Shown one piece after another: positions 51,040 through 63,790 of a stretch of DNA of 64,000 nt. The DNA comes from Mobula hypostoma (lineage: Eukaryota). The stretch is from assembly GCF_963921235.1 (NCBI RefSeq), contig NC_086108.1, positions 69,442,001 to 69,506,000 of the forward strand, in the 5' to 3' direction. The stretch's first letter is position 1; each line of letters opens with the position of its first letter. The notes beneath the pieces are model-generated. The model did no database searches. It saw nothing but the letters and a program-made list of their open reading frames with translations, and had not been told where the DNA came from. A program made the translations under genes and the position numbers.

Positions 51040-52156
51040 TACAGATTGTGAGCAACATACATCAAAGTTGCTGGTGAACGCAGCAGGCCAAGCAGCATCT
51101 ATAGGAAGAGGTGCAGTCGACGTTTCAGGCCGAGACCCTTCGTCAGGACTAACTGAAGGAAGAGTGAGTAAGGGATTTGAAAGCTGGAGGGGGAGGGGGA
51201 GATGCAAAATGATAGGAGAAGACAGGAGGGGGAGGGATAGAGCCGAGAGCTGGACAGGTGATAGGCAAAAGGGGATACGAGAGGATCATGGGACAGGAGG
51301 TCCGGGAAGAAAGACAAGCGGGGGGGGGTGACCCAGAGGATGGGCAAGAGGTATATTCAGAGGGACAGAGGGAGAAAAAGGAGAGTGAGAGAAAGAATGT
51401 GTGCATAAAAATGAGTAACAGATGGGGTACGAGGGGGAGGTGGGGCCTAGCGGAAGTTAGAGAAGTCGATGTTCATGCCATCAGGTTGGAGGCTACCCAG
51501 ACGGAATATAAGGTGTTGTTCCTCCAACCTGAGTGTGGCTTCATCTTTACAGTAGAGGAGGCCACATCCCATTCCCATTCTGACATGTCTATCCACGGCC
51601 TCCTCTACTGTAAAGATGAAGCCACACTCAGGTTGGAGGAACAACACCTTATATTCCGTCTGGGTAGCCTCCAACCTGATGGCATGAACATCGACTTCTC
51701 TAACTTCCGCTAAGGCCCCACCTCCCCCTCGTACCCCATCTGTTACTCATTTTTATGCACACATTCTTTCTCTCACTCTCCTTTTTCTCCCTCTGTCCCT
51801 CTGAATATACCTCTTGCCCATCCTCTGGGTCACCCCCCCCACCTTGTCTTTCTTCCCGGACCTCCTGTCCCATGATCCTCTCGTATCCCCTTTTGCCTAT
51901 CACCTGTCCAGCTCTCGGCTCTATCCCTCCCCCTCCTGTCTTCTCCTATCATTTTGCATCTCCCCCTCCCCCTCCAGCTTTCAAATCCCTTACTCACTCT
52001 TCCTTCAGTTAGTCCTGACGAAGGGTCTCGGCCTGAAACGTCGACTGCACCTCTTCCTATAGATGCTGCTTGGCCTGCTGCGTTCACCAGCAACTTTGAT
52101 GTATGTTGCTTGAATTTCCAGCATCTGCAGAATTCCTGTTGTTTACAGATTGTGAG
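51040..52156. mobile_element. Young PLE insertion forming a ~1.06-kb palindrome, 13-bp TSD
   Basis: Arms 51051-51563 and 51597-52110. TACAGATTGTGAG at 51040-51052 and 52144-52156. Encodes the C-terminal peptide EATLRLEEQHLIFRLGSLQPDGMNIDFSNFR on both strands. Confidence 0.93.
52011..52046 (+). ncRNA. Minimal type I hammerhead ribozyme motif (mirror copy at 51115-51150, minus)
   Basis: AGUC-CUGACGA-AGG(GUCUCGG)CCU-GAAAC-GUC^GACU: complete core, stem I AGUC/GACU, stem II AGG/CCU, and a loopless palindromic stem III (ACGU). Confidence 0.75.
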
Positions 52157-54672
52157 ACTGCTTCCCGAAATTGAAAATAGAGACAGGGAGGGGGAAGACA
52201 TTTCCTATGAGAAGAGATTAAGCAAATTTGGCTAATGTTTAGAAAACAAGGAGTGATCATATTGAAAATACAGATTTCTTTTTAAGGTGGCACAGTGGAT
52301 GTGGTGATGTTGTTTCTTACTGCTTGGATGTTTGGAAACTAGGGGTGATAATGTCAAAATAAGGGAGTCAACTATTCAGAGATGGAAAAGAAATTTTTCC
52401 CTCCATAGCACAGAGAATCTTTGTAATCCCAGTAAGTTATTGAGTGTAATACCGATGGAGAGTATTTCTCTTTGAGGTATGATTGAAACAGAGGGAATAG
52501 AACAGTTAAGTTGCATAAAGGTAAAAGATCACCCATAATCTTACTGAATGGCTGAACAAAGCTGAGTGGCCTACTCCCACTTTAATTTCTTCTGCAAAAT
52601 CAGAAAATGTTGGCAATGCTCAGGAGGTCTGGCAGCTTCTATGGACGAAGAAACAAAACAAAAAGGAATGAGCTGGGAACACAAGTTAGTTTGCAGTTGC
52701 AGAAATGATGGGGGTGAGATGATCAGAACAAACACAATGTCTTTGGTGGGACCATATGGGATACCTAACATTTTGAGTGTTTCAAGCTTTTTCTGTTTTG
52801 TTTTCCATATTTCCAGCATCTGTGGATGTTGTTTTAAAATTTTCAGTGCTTTTGTTGATTTGATGGCTATAAAGTTCTAAGATAAAGTTGCAAGGTGCTC
52901 TCTATTATGCAGCATTAACCACCAAAAACAAGCAAACATCTAAAATAAATGGGGTGAACAAATAAAAATATGATCACAATGGCAAAATACTAATAAAATA
53001 CAGATGAATTTATAAGAGAGGGACCCAAATTAAGAGGAACAATTAGAAGCCAAAACCCAAGAAAGTAGTATTAAAAAAAAGTTGTCAAAGCAAATAAAAG
53101 AAAATGTTTGAAATGAAAAGATGCAATGAGAGAAAAATCGGCTGAAATACTGAATAGCTGTTTAATTGAGGTAGAAGGTATAAAAATTTGCAATGGGATA
53201 CTTACAAGATACTAGGTACAATAGGGTTATGATGTCAAAACTGTTAATCAATAAATTTGAAAGTATCATTAGATATCAAAACCCAGGACAACGGCTGTTG
53301 GTATTAAAACAGATGATCTCTCACTGAAGAAAATGAAAGGTCAAAAAGACAGCATTTATAAAAATAGGGAGTTAGTTGCCTGTTAAAGGAAGAACAATAA
53401 TTATTGATAAAAAGTTCTCAATAAAGAATGGGATAAGCATGATTTCAGAGGTTGTCCTCATGAAATTAATTTGAGACTAAAAAATACGAAGTAACTCTTT
53501 CAGGTGTATTTCTATTATATTGGAAATTATATTTGCGAGTTTAACAAAGAAGTGAACAGGTAGTAAACAACACTATGACATGAGAAAATGCCTTCATGTT
53601 CAGAATAATGATAAAAATGAAAATAAGCTGCACAAATATGGAAGAAGAAACATGTAGAGATCATAGAAAAGTGAGAGTGCAAAAAAGTGGCATAATATGC
53701 TATATTTAAAAAAAATGACACTGCAAAATAAACAGTTACAATCTTAACTAGTTGAACACCTTCAATGCAAAAAATATTTGCAAGTTAGCACAAGGGAATA
53801 TGTAATATGGGGAGATGTAAAATAAGCTGCGAAGTACAAGGAATAGGGCTGAAAAGTGCTTGAACAAAAGTTATTTCAAACAAAGACTTCTGTCAGATGG
53901 ACAAAAAAAAAGGGAAACCAAGTTGTGGATTTCTTGACTGACTGTGTGTTTGAGAACCTGCACCACTGAGACAGACAGCTGAATGGATTCATGATACCGT
54001 ATCGCAATGGATTCAGCAGAATAACTTCATATAAGCTTACAATTTAATTTTTTTATTTTTTCATCCAGTCAGCATGAACATAAAAGGAATGTCACTTAAA
54101 ATTTATAAATGGATAAGTTTAAAAAAATAAAGCCAGTAAAAAGTTCAGCAGTGCGTGTTTAACTTACAGCAGCGGTTTCAGCAGGTAACCTGAAACGTAT
54201 GCTCTATACAGTTATATATTGCCCGCAACTGGTGGTTACAGAAACAGTTAATGTGCTACACTCAAAGTTTATGATTATTTAACTCTACTTTGTAACTAAG
54301 TAGGTGTAATATATACAGCTGTTCAATGACATATTCTATTGAACAATATTATTTAAACAAGAAGCTGCTGAGATGAGAGGCTCCATTAACCAAAAAAGCA
54401 AAATAGTATTATTAGAATTAAATTGACTGCACTTAACAGATTTGCTTCAGTACTTAGTTTGTATTTTGCTTTTGTTTAATATACAGGATAAAGATTATTT
54501 AATAGTTCTGAATTAACAGGTTCATCACACTGATCTCTCATTAACAAACAATTTCATGTCAAGTCGTCAAGAGTCCTCAGTATTTTCAAATTTATTTTAG
54601 GTAGCTTTTATGGAAAACATTAGTAAGAACAGTATTGGTTAGGTGAGTTAAGATGACCAGTGAAGGAGCACG

Positions 54673-54819
54673 TCATGCTTCAGATATTTCAGATTTACTA
54701 AGTGCTATAGCCAGTTCCAAGTCCTCTTGTTCTTGTTGGTTTAATCTAGCTAGTCGCTCCTCCTCTGCTCGTTCACTTTCCCTTTTGGCCCATTCTATCT
54801 GGTCTTCTTCACTGGGATA
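54673..54819 (-). CDS. EPS15: Epidermal growth factor receptor substrate 15, last coding exon (tandem UIMs)
   Basis: ttcag|YPSEEDQIEWAKRESERAEEERLARLNQQEQEDLELAIALSKSEISEA*, nearly identical to the human EPS15 C-terminus. Confidence 0.97.
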   Translation of the reverse strand, partial: YPSEEDQIEWAKRESERAEEERLARLNQQEQEDLELAIALSKSEISEA

Positions 54820-55716
54820 CTGAAACATTAAGAACAGAGCTGAACAGGAAACTACACATTGTTCTTATAGAGAACAGAAAAAAAAAATTGCCAATATATT
54901 TTGTACTTACAACAGGAACAATATCAATATGTTAATAACATTCTTTGGTTGCCTTCAAGGAATCTGAGTATCAATTTAATTTACTTATGAAGAATAGATA
55001 TCATTTGCTGGTAACAAATACATTCTGCAGACAACATCTTGAGGCGAATATACAAGAAACAGTCACCTTTCTCTATTAGTTGATGGTTTTTTTAGGATTG
55101 AATGGCTACTGGAGTTTACACCTTTTCAAAATTACGAATTGAAATACTTCTGGTCGAATTACTTAGTGGTTAAATATTCAGCAACAGGGAACAAGACCTA
55201 ACTAGAGTCTCATCTCACCTCTTCCAAAGGTGTTAATATTTTCATTAGTATTTTCCTTAATAATAGGAAAATACCCAATGAAAAGTCCTCCCTTTAGAGC
55301 CACTAACATTTTTTTGCTAATTTCATTGGGAGTTACAATGAAATATACAACCTTCCTTGATTTTCCCAGCAGCCTACCCCAAAATTTCTCCATTACCCCA
55401 GAAGAGCCCTTTGAAAATATATTTCATGGGTTCAAAAAAAAGATTTTCAAATGTGGCCTGAGCTGATCAGCTCCAGTTTGCACTTTAATCTGTCCACCAG
55501 GCTTTTGAATAATTTCTGTTCTCTGGCAATACTGACAAGATAAATAATGTACACTTTGGCTGCTATGGATAATAATTCACACTGTGACACTACATCTAGT
55601 TTCAAAAACTATTGCAGAACTGCATGCTGCTATATATGCAAAACAAAATATTAACAATCCATATGTTTTTATTGTCCACATTAAGGAAATTAACAACTCA
55701 AACAAACCATACTTAC

Positions 55717-55892
55717 AGTGTTGAAGTTTGCAAAATTTGGATTGTCTCCAACAACTTTACTTGGAGAGGTAGGAGCAAATGGATCAAGCTGTTTCTCTTT
55801 ATGGAATGAATCACCTGAGTTAAATGGATGGAAAGGATCATTTGACTTGAAGGAGTCGGATGATTCTGACTTTACAAGGGAGAGTCTTTTAC
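55717..55892 (-). CDS. EPS15: EPS15 penultimate coding exon (176 nt)
   Basis: tag|GT...ACT|gtaagt. Translates (G)KRLSLVKSESSDSFKSNDPFHPF...LDPFAP...NFANFNT; phases fit both neighbouring exons. Confidence 0.95.
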
Positions 55893-56168
55893 CTACATTT
55901 AAAAACACAAATATCAAACATTTTTCCTATTAGAATTTTCAATATCTTAAGTTGAAATGGTTAACTTTCAAACAAGATAAAATTCAAACCTAAATTTGAA
56001 TTAAAACTTCCTTTGGTCATAATGAGATCCTTCTTCAATGTAAATTAAAGGAATTATCCCACAATGATGAAAGGAAGTCTGATTAACTCTTATGTTCATA
56101 ATGAAGGGAAGTAATAGTAGACCTTAAAACAAAACTGTACCACTTCTGAAACACTCCTATTCACATAC

Positions 56169-56331
56169 CAGGTGGTGGAGGAGGGGGTCTTGTTGGTGTA
56201 CCAATTTTCGGCGGTAATGCTGGAGGCAACTCTTCGTTTTTTGAGGGATCATCTGTGAATATATTTTTTCCAAAGGCTTCCTTTTCAGAATCTGCTCCCG
56301 GAGCGGAAATGAAGGGATCTGCATGATTGGA
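56169..56331 (-). CDS. EPS15: EPS15 proline-rich coding exon (163 nt)
   Basis: tttag|...G|gtatgt. Translates SNHADPFISAPG...ELPPALPPKIGTPTRPPPPPP, containing the EPS15 PALPPKIGTPTRP motif. Confidence 0.95.
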
Positions 56332-56764
56332 CTAAAGGCAGAAATACAAGTTGAAAATAGAAAGAAAAAAAAAGTTACCAGTGATGCAAAAATTATGTCT
56401 AAACAAGCTTTGGATGTAATGTACCAGAAACCTCAATGACCGAAGAATTTGATGATCACAACATACCTTCATGCTACCATGCAAAAAAAATGTTCATCTG
56501 TAATTGATGCTAACTACCTGAAGCAATACTTTTAAGTACTGGCCAGAGGCCGTGTTTGTCAGCCTTCCATTTACATCAACCTAACTCACTTATACTTTGC
56601 TTTTTTAATTGCCACAGACAGGAAAATGCATCTAATGAACCTTACATTCTTTGGAAAGCTTTGAAAGTTGTCACTTTCCTTCCCCTGGCTGAGTTTTTAA
56701 AATTCATTCTGTGATTATGGGTTTGTAGCATATCTGCAGCTTAGTTCTTATCTGTAATAGGGCA

Positions 56765-57900
56765 ATGTTACGATACTCATGGGGGTAGATTGGGAAATCA
56801 GGTTGGTGCTGGATCCCAAGAGGGAATTTGTAGAATGCCTACAAGATGGTTTTTTAAAAGCGGCTTGTGGTTGAGTTCACTAGGGGAAAGGCAATTCTGG
56901 ATTGGGGGTTGCATAATGAAACAGATTTGATTAAAGAAACCGTTGGGAGACAGTGATCATAATATGATAGAATTCACCCTGTAGTTTGAGAGGGATAAGA
57001 TTACATTAGATGTATCAGCCTTACAGTGGAGTAAAGGGAATTACAGAGGCATGAGAGAAGAGCTGGCCAAAATTGATTGGAAGGGAACATGACAGAACTG
57101 CAGTGGCTGGAGTTTCTGGGTCAATTCATGAGGTACAGGATAGATACACCCCAACGATGTAGTATTCTACAGGGAGGATGAGGCAACCATAGCTTGCAAA
57201 GTCAAAGACAGCATAAAAACAAGAGGGGGCATTAGGAGAGAAAAGATGAAATATGAAGGTAAGCTAGCCATAAATATCAGAGGATACCTTAAATTTTTTT
57301 CAGGTACATAGTGTACAAGAAGGTGAGAGTGCATATCGGACTGCTGGAAAATGACTCTGGAGAGGTAGTAATGGGGCACAAAGAAATGGCAGATGAACTG
57401 AAGTATTTTGCATCAGTCTTCACTGTGGAAGGCACCAACAGTATGCCAGAAATTCAAGAATGTCAGGGGGCAGAAGTGAGTGTAGTTGCTATTACTAAGG
57501 AGAAGGTGCTTGGGAAACTGAAAGGTCTGAAGGTAGATAAATCTAGACCAGATGGACTACACCCCAGGGTTCTGAAAGAGGTAGCTGAAGAGATTTTGGC
57601 AGCATTTGTAATGATCTTTCAAGAGTCTCTAGATTCTGGAATGGTTCGAAGGACTGGAAAATCACAAATGTCACTTCACTCTCCAAGAAGGGAGGGTGGC
57701 AGAAGAAAGGAAATAATAGGCCTGACTTAAGTGGTTCGGAAGATGGAGTCCATTATTAAGGATAAGGTTTCAGGGTACTTGAAGCCACATGATAAAAGTA
57801 GGGCAAAGTCAGCATTGTTTCCTTATGGGGAAATCACCTCAAATCCATTGGAATTCTTTGAGGAAATAACAGGCAGAATAGACAAAGGAAGAGTTGGTGA
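56765..57900 (+). mobile_element. Old CR1 fragment (EN to RT start)
   Basis: ELKYFASVFTVE...LKVDKSRPDGLHPRVLKE. Confidence 0.85.
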
Positions 57901-58901
57901 ATGTCATTTAAGTCCTTCTGCAGATTCCCTGCTTTCTCAACATCACCTACCCTTCCATGTCTTTGTATTGTCCGCAAACTTGGCTACAAAGCCATCAATT
58001 CCGTCATCCAAATCATTGATATGCAAAGAAGTGGTCCTCATATCAACCCCTCCGGAACACCATTTGTCACTGGCAGCTAACCAGAATAAGCCCTCTTTAT
58101 TCAACTCTTCGCTTCTTGCCAATCAGCAAATCTTCTATCCATGTTAGTACCTTTCCCGTAATACCATCGCCTCTCATCTTGTTAAGCAGTCTCATGTGCG
58201 GCACCTTATAAAAGGTCTTCTGAAAATCCAAGTAAATGATAATCACCAACTCTCCTTTGTCTATCCTGCTTGTTGTTTCTTCAAAGAATTCCAACAGATT
58301 TGTCAGGCAAGGTTTCCCCTTTACTTTAAACTTCCTAATCAAATATGATTAATTACACAACACCCAATCCCAAATCACCTTTCCCCTAGTGGCTCAACCA
58401 CAAGCTGCTTTAAAAACTATCTTGTGGGAAGTTTACAAATTCCCTCTCTTAGGATTCAGCACCAAACTGATCTCCCCAATCTACCAACATATTTAAATTC
58501 CCCATGGCGATTTCAACATTATCCTTATTATATGCTTTTTCTATTTCTCACTGAAATTTATATCCTGTCTGCTATTGGGAGGCCTGTATATAATTCCCAT
58601 CTGAATCTTTTTACCCTTCTAGTTTCTTAACTCTACCCACAAGGACTCTACATTTTCTAATCTTGTGTCACCTCTTTCTAAGGAATTAGTGTTTTTTTTT
58701 ACCAACTGAGCTACCTTACACCCAACGCCACCTGCCTTTCCTTTCAATACAAGGTTTTTCCTCAGATGTTAGGCTCCCAAATATCTTTTATCAGCCACAT
58801 CTCAGCCCACAATGTCTTACCTGTCGATCTTTAACTATGCTACAAGAACATCTACCTTATTCTGTATACTGCGTACATTCAAATATAACACCTTCAGTCC
58901 T

Positions 58902-61900
58902 TTCTTTTCTTTTTAAATCTTTTTATTGAGTAAGTATACAAAAAAGGTAAGCCATATAAACATTAATACAATGTTAAAGTATAATAAAATTCCAAAAGAT
59001 AACAATACCAAAAAGAAAATACTACAAACAATGTAATTTAAGCATAAGAAACCAAGATAACATAATAGTATACTAGATTTTATATATATCAATGGAAAGA
59101 AAGAAAAAAAAAACCCCAAAAAAAAACCCACCGTGCAACTAACTAAAAGCAAAGCAAAGCAATGGGCTAACTTGAAACCAAACAGAGTTAAACTTAAAAT
59201 CACGTCCTCAATCCCGACCTCCATTAAAACAGTGAAGAGAAAACAAGAAGGGTAAATATTACATTAAATGAAAATATCGAATAAAAGGTCCCCAAATCTG
59301 TTCAAATTTAAATGAAGAATCATAAAGGTTACTTCTAATTTTCTCCAGATTCAAACATAAAATCGTCTGAGAAAACCAAAAAAAGGTAGTTGGAGCATTA
59401 AGCTCTTTCCAATGTTGTAAAATACATCTTTTCGCCATTAAAGTAAGAAATGCAATCATTCTACGGGCTGAAGGGGAAAGATTACTAGAAATTTTAGGTA
59501 GTCCAAAGATAGCAGTAATAGGGTGAGGAGAGATATCTATATTTAATACCTTAGAAATAATATTGAAAATATCTCTCCAAAAAGTTTCCAAAGTAGGGCA
59601 AGACCAAAACATATGAGTTAAAGAGGCTATCTGCCCCGAACATCTATCACAGAAAGGATTAATATGCGAGTAAAAACGCGCTAACTTATCTTTAGACATA
59701 TGTGCTCTATGAACCACTTTAAATTGAATTAGGGAATGTTTAGCACAAATAGAGGAAGTATTAACTAATTGTAAAATCTGCCCCCAATCATCCACAGAAA
59801 TGGTAAGCCCCAATTCCTGTTCCCAATCTACCCTAATCTTATCAAATGGAGCTTTCCTAAGTTTCATAATAATATTATAAATCATAGCCGATGCACCTTT
59901 CTGACATGGATTAAGGTTAATTATCGAATCTAAAATATATATAGGAGGAAGCATTGGAAAGGAAGTAAGTATAGTACTTAGGAAATTTCTAACTTGTAAA
60001 TATCTAAAAAAATGTATTCTTGATAAGTTATATTTATTAGATAATTGTTCAAAAGACATAAGGGAACCATCTAAAAATAAATCCAAAAACCGTAAAATAC
60101 CCTTAGTCTTCCAAGTTTGAAAAGCGCGATCCGTAAAAGAGGGAGGAAAAAATATGTTACCTAAAATAGGAATCGCTAACCCGAATTGATTAAGATCAAA
60201 AAATTTTCTGAATTGAAACCAAATGCGCAAAGCATATTTAACTATCGGGTTAGAGACCTGCTTAAGACGTTTCGAATCAAAAGGAAGAGAGGAACCTAAA
60301 ATAGAACCAAGTGTATAACCCTGAACAGATTGTAATTCCAATGCTACCCATTTAGGAATAAATAGTATGTCCCGGTCAAGTAACCAAAATTTCATATGTC
60401 GAATATTAATAGCCCAATAATAAAATCTAAAGTTAGGTAATGCTAAACCTCCATCTCTCTTAGCTTTCTGTAAATGTATTTTACCCAGTCTCGGATTCTT
60501 GTTCTGCCAAATAAATGAAGAAATTTTAGAGTCAACTTTATCAAAAAAAGATTTAGGAACGAAAATTGGTAATGCCTGAAACACATATAAAAATTTTGGC
60601 AAAAAAAACATCTTAACTGCATTAATACGACCAATCAAAGTTAAATATAAGGGAAACCATTTAGATGAAAGTTGAGTAATATGGTCTATTAATGGTAAAA
60701 AGTTAGTCTTAAATAAATCTTTATGTTTACAAGTAATTTTAATCCCAAGATATGAAAAGTAATTATTAATCAATTTAAATGGAAATTTATAATATAAGGG
60801 AAGATGTTTATTAATCGGGAAAAGTTCACTCTTACTAAGATTTAATTTATAACCTGAGAAAAGACCAAATTGTGCTAATAACTCTAAAACAGCAGGAATG
60901 GATCTCTCAGGATTAGAAATATATAAAAGTAAATCATCAGCATAGAGTGATAATTTATGGGACTTTAATCCCCGAGTTATCCCAGTAATATTTAAAGATT
61001 CTCGAATAGCAATTGCAAGAGGTTCTAATGCAATATCAAATAATAGGGGACTAAGAGGACAGCCTTGTCGAGTACCACGAAAGAGAGGAAAAAAAGGTGA
61101 GTTTAAGGAGTTAGTACGAACCGAGGCTACAGGGGAGTGATATAACAGTTTAATCCAGGATATAAATTTCAAGCTAAAATTAAACATTTCAAGCACCTTA
61201 AATAAATAAGGCCATTCTACTCTATCAAAAGCTTTCTCGGCATCTAAAGAAATAACACACTCAGGAACATTTTGTGAGGGAGTATAAACGATATTTAACA
61301 ATGTGCGAATATTATAAAAAGAGTAACGACCTTTAATAAAACCCGTTTGGTCTTCCGAAATAATAGAAGGAAGTACTTTTTCTAGTCTATTTGCTAATAA
61401 CTTAGAAAAAACTTTAGAATCAACATTTAATAAAGATATTGGTCTATAAGATGCACATTGAGCAGGGTCTTTATCCTTCTTTAGTATTAAAGAAATTGAT
61501 GCTCTATTAAAAGATTCCGGAAGTTTACCAAGTTTCAAAGAAGCCTCAAAAACCTTATAGAGCCAAGGAATCAATAAAGAAGCAAAACATTTATAAAATT
61601 CAACGGTAAACCCATCAGGGCCAGGAGCTTTCCCCAGATTCATAGAAAAAATAACATTCTTAATCTCATCCATTGTAATGGAAGTATCTAATAAAGAAGA
61701 CATATCCTGTGAAATCAGAGGGAAGTCTAACTTATCTAAAAAATCATTCATATATTTAGAATCTCGAGGAGACTCTGATTGGTATAAAGAAGAATAAAAA
61801 TCACAAAAGGTTTGATTAATCCCCACATGATCCAATATCAATCGATCATTTTGGTTATAAATCTGATTGATTTGAGATTTAACATAATTAGATTTCAATT

Positions 61901-62659
61901 GATTAGCCAGCAGCTTGCCAATTTTATCACTGTGAACATAAAAATCACTTCTTGTTTTCTTTAATTGGTTTACAATCGAGGACGAGAGTAGTAAACTGTG
62001 TTCCATTTGAAGTTCAGTTCTTTGTTTGTATAGCTCCTCAGAAGGAGCCATAACATATTTCTTATCAATTTCTTTAATCTTGTCCACAATTACCATCTCC
62101 TCCTGCTTCTGTTTCTTCCTCAAAGCAACGGAATACGAAATAATCTGACCCCGAATATAGGCTTTAAAAGTGTCCCAAAGAGTGTTAACCGAAATATCTT
62201 CTGTATGGTTAATTGTAAAAAAAAGCTCAATCTGTTCATTCATAAAATTAACAAAGTCCGAGTCCTGAAGCAACAGCGAATTAAAACGCCATTGTCTATT
62301 GTTTGATATATTGGCCATAATTTTAATAGAAAGCTTAAGTGGAGCATGATCCGAAATGGTTATAGAATCATAATCACATTTAATCACTGAAGGAATGAGA
62401 CGAGAATCAATGAAAAAATAATCAATTCTTGAATAGGAATGATGAACATGTGAAAAGAAGGAAAAATCTTTTTCCTGAGGATGCAGAAAACGCCAAATGT
62501 CCGTCGACCCAGAATCAGAAAGGAAAAAATTAATCAAATTTGCAGATTTATTAGGTAAAGTCCGTAAAGGAGCCGAACGGTCCAAAGCTGGAGATAAACA
62601 GGTATTAAGATCTCCGCCCCAAATCAATGAAAACTCGTTCAAATTCGGAAACTGATCAA
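58902..62659 (-). mobile_element. L1-clade LINE, 5'-truncated, with 12-bp TSD, in an EPS15 intron
   Basis: TSD ACCTTCAGTCCT at 58890-58901 and 62660-62671. Minus-strand AATAAA at 58922-58927 and an A-rich tail. Confidence 0.95.
59259..62659 (-). CDS. L1 ORF2, open from the truncation point to the stop (half EN, RT, CCHC)
   Basis: GGDLN, SRIDY and SDH (EN C-half); KAPGPDG, YRPISLLN, DAEKAFD, RQGCPLSP and YADD (RT); CDRC-x8-H-x4-C knuckle. No stop in more than 1127 codons. Confidence 0.95.
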
Positions 62660-63129
62660 ACCTTCAGTCCTGTATTCATCACCTTTTTGATTTTGCCCCC
62701 ATGTTACACTTCAACTCATCCCACTAGCTGCAATTTTGCCCTATCACTCTGGTTCCCATTCCCCTGCCAAATGAGTTTAAACCCTCCCCAACAGCTCTGG
62801 CAAATCTGCCCACAAGGATTTTGGTCCTACTCAGGTTCAGGTTAACCTGTCCCCTTTGTACAGGTAATACCTTCTCCAGAAGAGATCCCAATGATACAGA
62901 AACCTGAAACCCTGCCCCTTTTTTGCACCACTTCCTCAACCACGCATTCATCAGTACCTTCATCTTATTCCTGCCTTGATTAGCACATGGCACTGGGAGT
63001 AATTCAGAGTCTATGACTTTGGAGCATCCAAGTTGAAGTGAATGGACACCATGGATGTCTAAAGTGACTTTCCCCATCTACTCAAATGCTTTAACATGTA
63101 CGGTATCAAGCCTATTGCATACAGAAAGG

Positions 63130-63790
63130 TTGATGTTTGTGTTCTTGGATTTTCAGAAGGCCTTTGACAAGGTGCCACACGAAGCTGCGAGCTACGAGCC
63201 CATGGTATTACAAGAAAGATTCTGGCATGGATAAAGCAGTGGCTGATTGGCAGGAGGTAAAGAGTGGGAATACAGGGAGCCTCTCCTGGCAAGTTGCTGA
63301 TGAATATTGGTGTTCCACAGGGGTCTGTGTTGGAACCGTTTCTTTTTATGTTATATGTCAATGATTTGGATGATAGAATTGATGGCTTTGTTGCAAAGTT
63401 TGCAGACGATATGAAGATAGATAGAGGGGTCACACCCTTTGGTAGAAGAAGTGAAAGGGTTGACAAGTTTTTAAACGGAGAGAAAATACAAAAAAACTGA
63501 GGTACAAAGGGAGTTGGGAGTCCTTGTGCAGAATTTCCCCAAAAGGTTAATTTGCAGGTTGAGTTTGTGGTGAGGAAGGCAAATGCAACGTTCACATTCA
63601 TTTCAAGAGGACTAGAATATAAAAGCAAGGCTGTAATATTGAGACTTTATAAAGCACTGGTGAAGCCTCACTTGGAGTATTGTGAGCAGGGTTTATCTTA
63701 GAAAAGATGTGCTGAAAGAGGCGAGGATTCAATGGAGGTTCACAAAAATGATTCCAGAATTGAATGGCTTGACATTTGAAGTGTGCTTGA
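63130..63790 (+). mobile_element. CR1 RT fragment
   Basis: GVPQGSVLEPFLF...KFADD. Confidence 0.85.

Larger units (their letters stand above)
57905..63040 (-). mobile_element. Old CR1 (ORF1 end, EN, RT pieces) split by the L1 insertion
   Basis: YLDFQKTFYKVPH at 58097-58342, EN remnants to 58900, and ORF1 esterase remnants (GRFARAVGEGLN) at 62672-63040. Confidence 0.8.

Noticed and set aside
51051..52110. Palindrome as an assembly or chimeric-read artefact
   Set aside because: The TSD, asymmetric spacer, arm differences and similar structures elsewhere favour a real insertion; read-level confirmation is still needed.
50983..52235. Mirror ORF pairs as protein genes
   Set aside because: They result from the inverted repeat; only the short PLE C-terminal peptide is meaningful.
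54030..54672. Exact EPS15 poly(A) site
   Set aside because: Minus-strand AATAAA candidates exist at 54591-54596 and 54052-54057, but cannot be chosen between without transcript data.
55202..55466. Short ORFs in the last EPS15 intron as extra exons
   Set aside because: The flanking exons already join in phase and there is no EPS15-like peptide.
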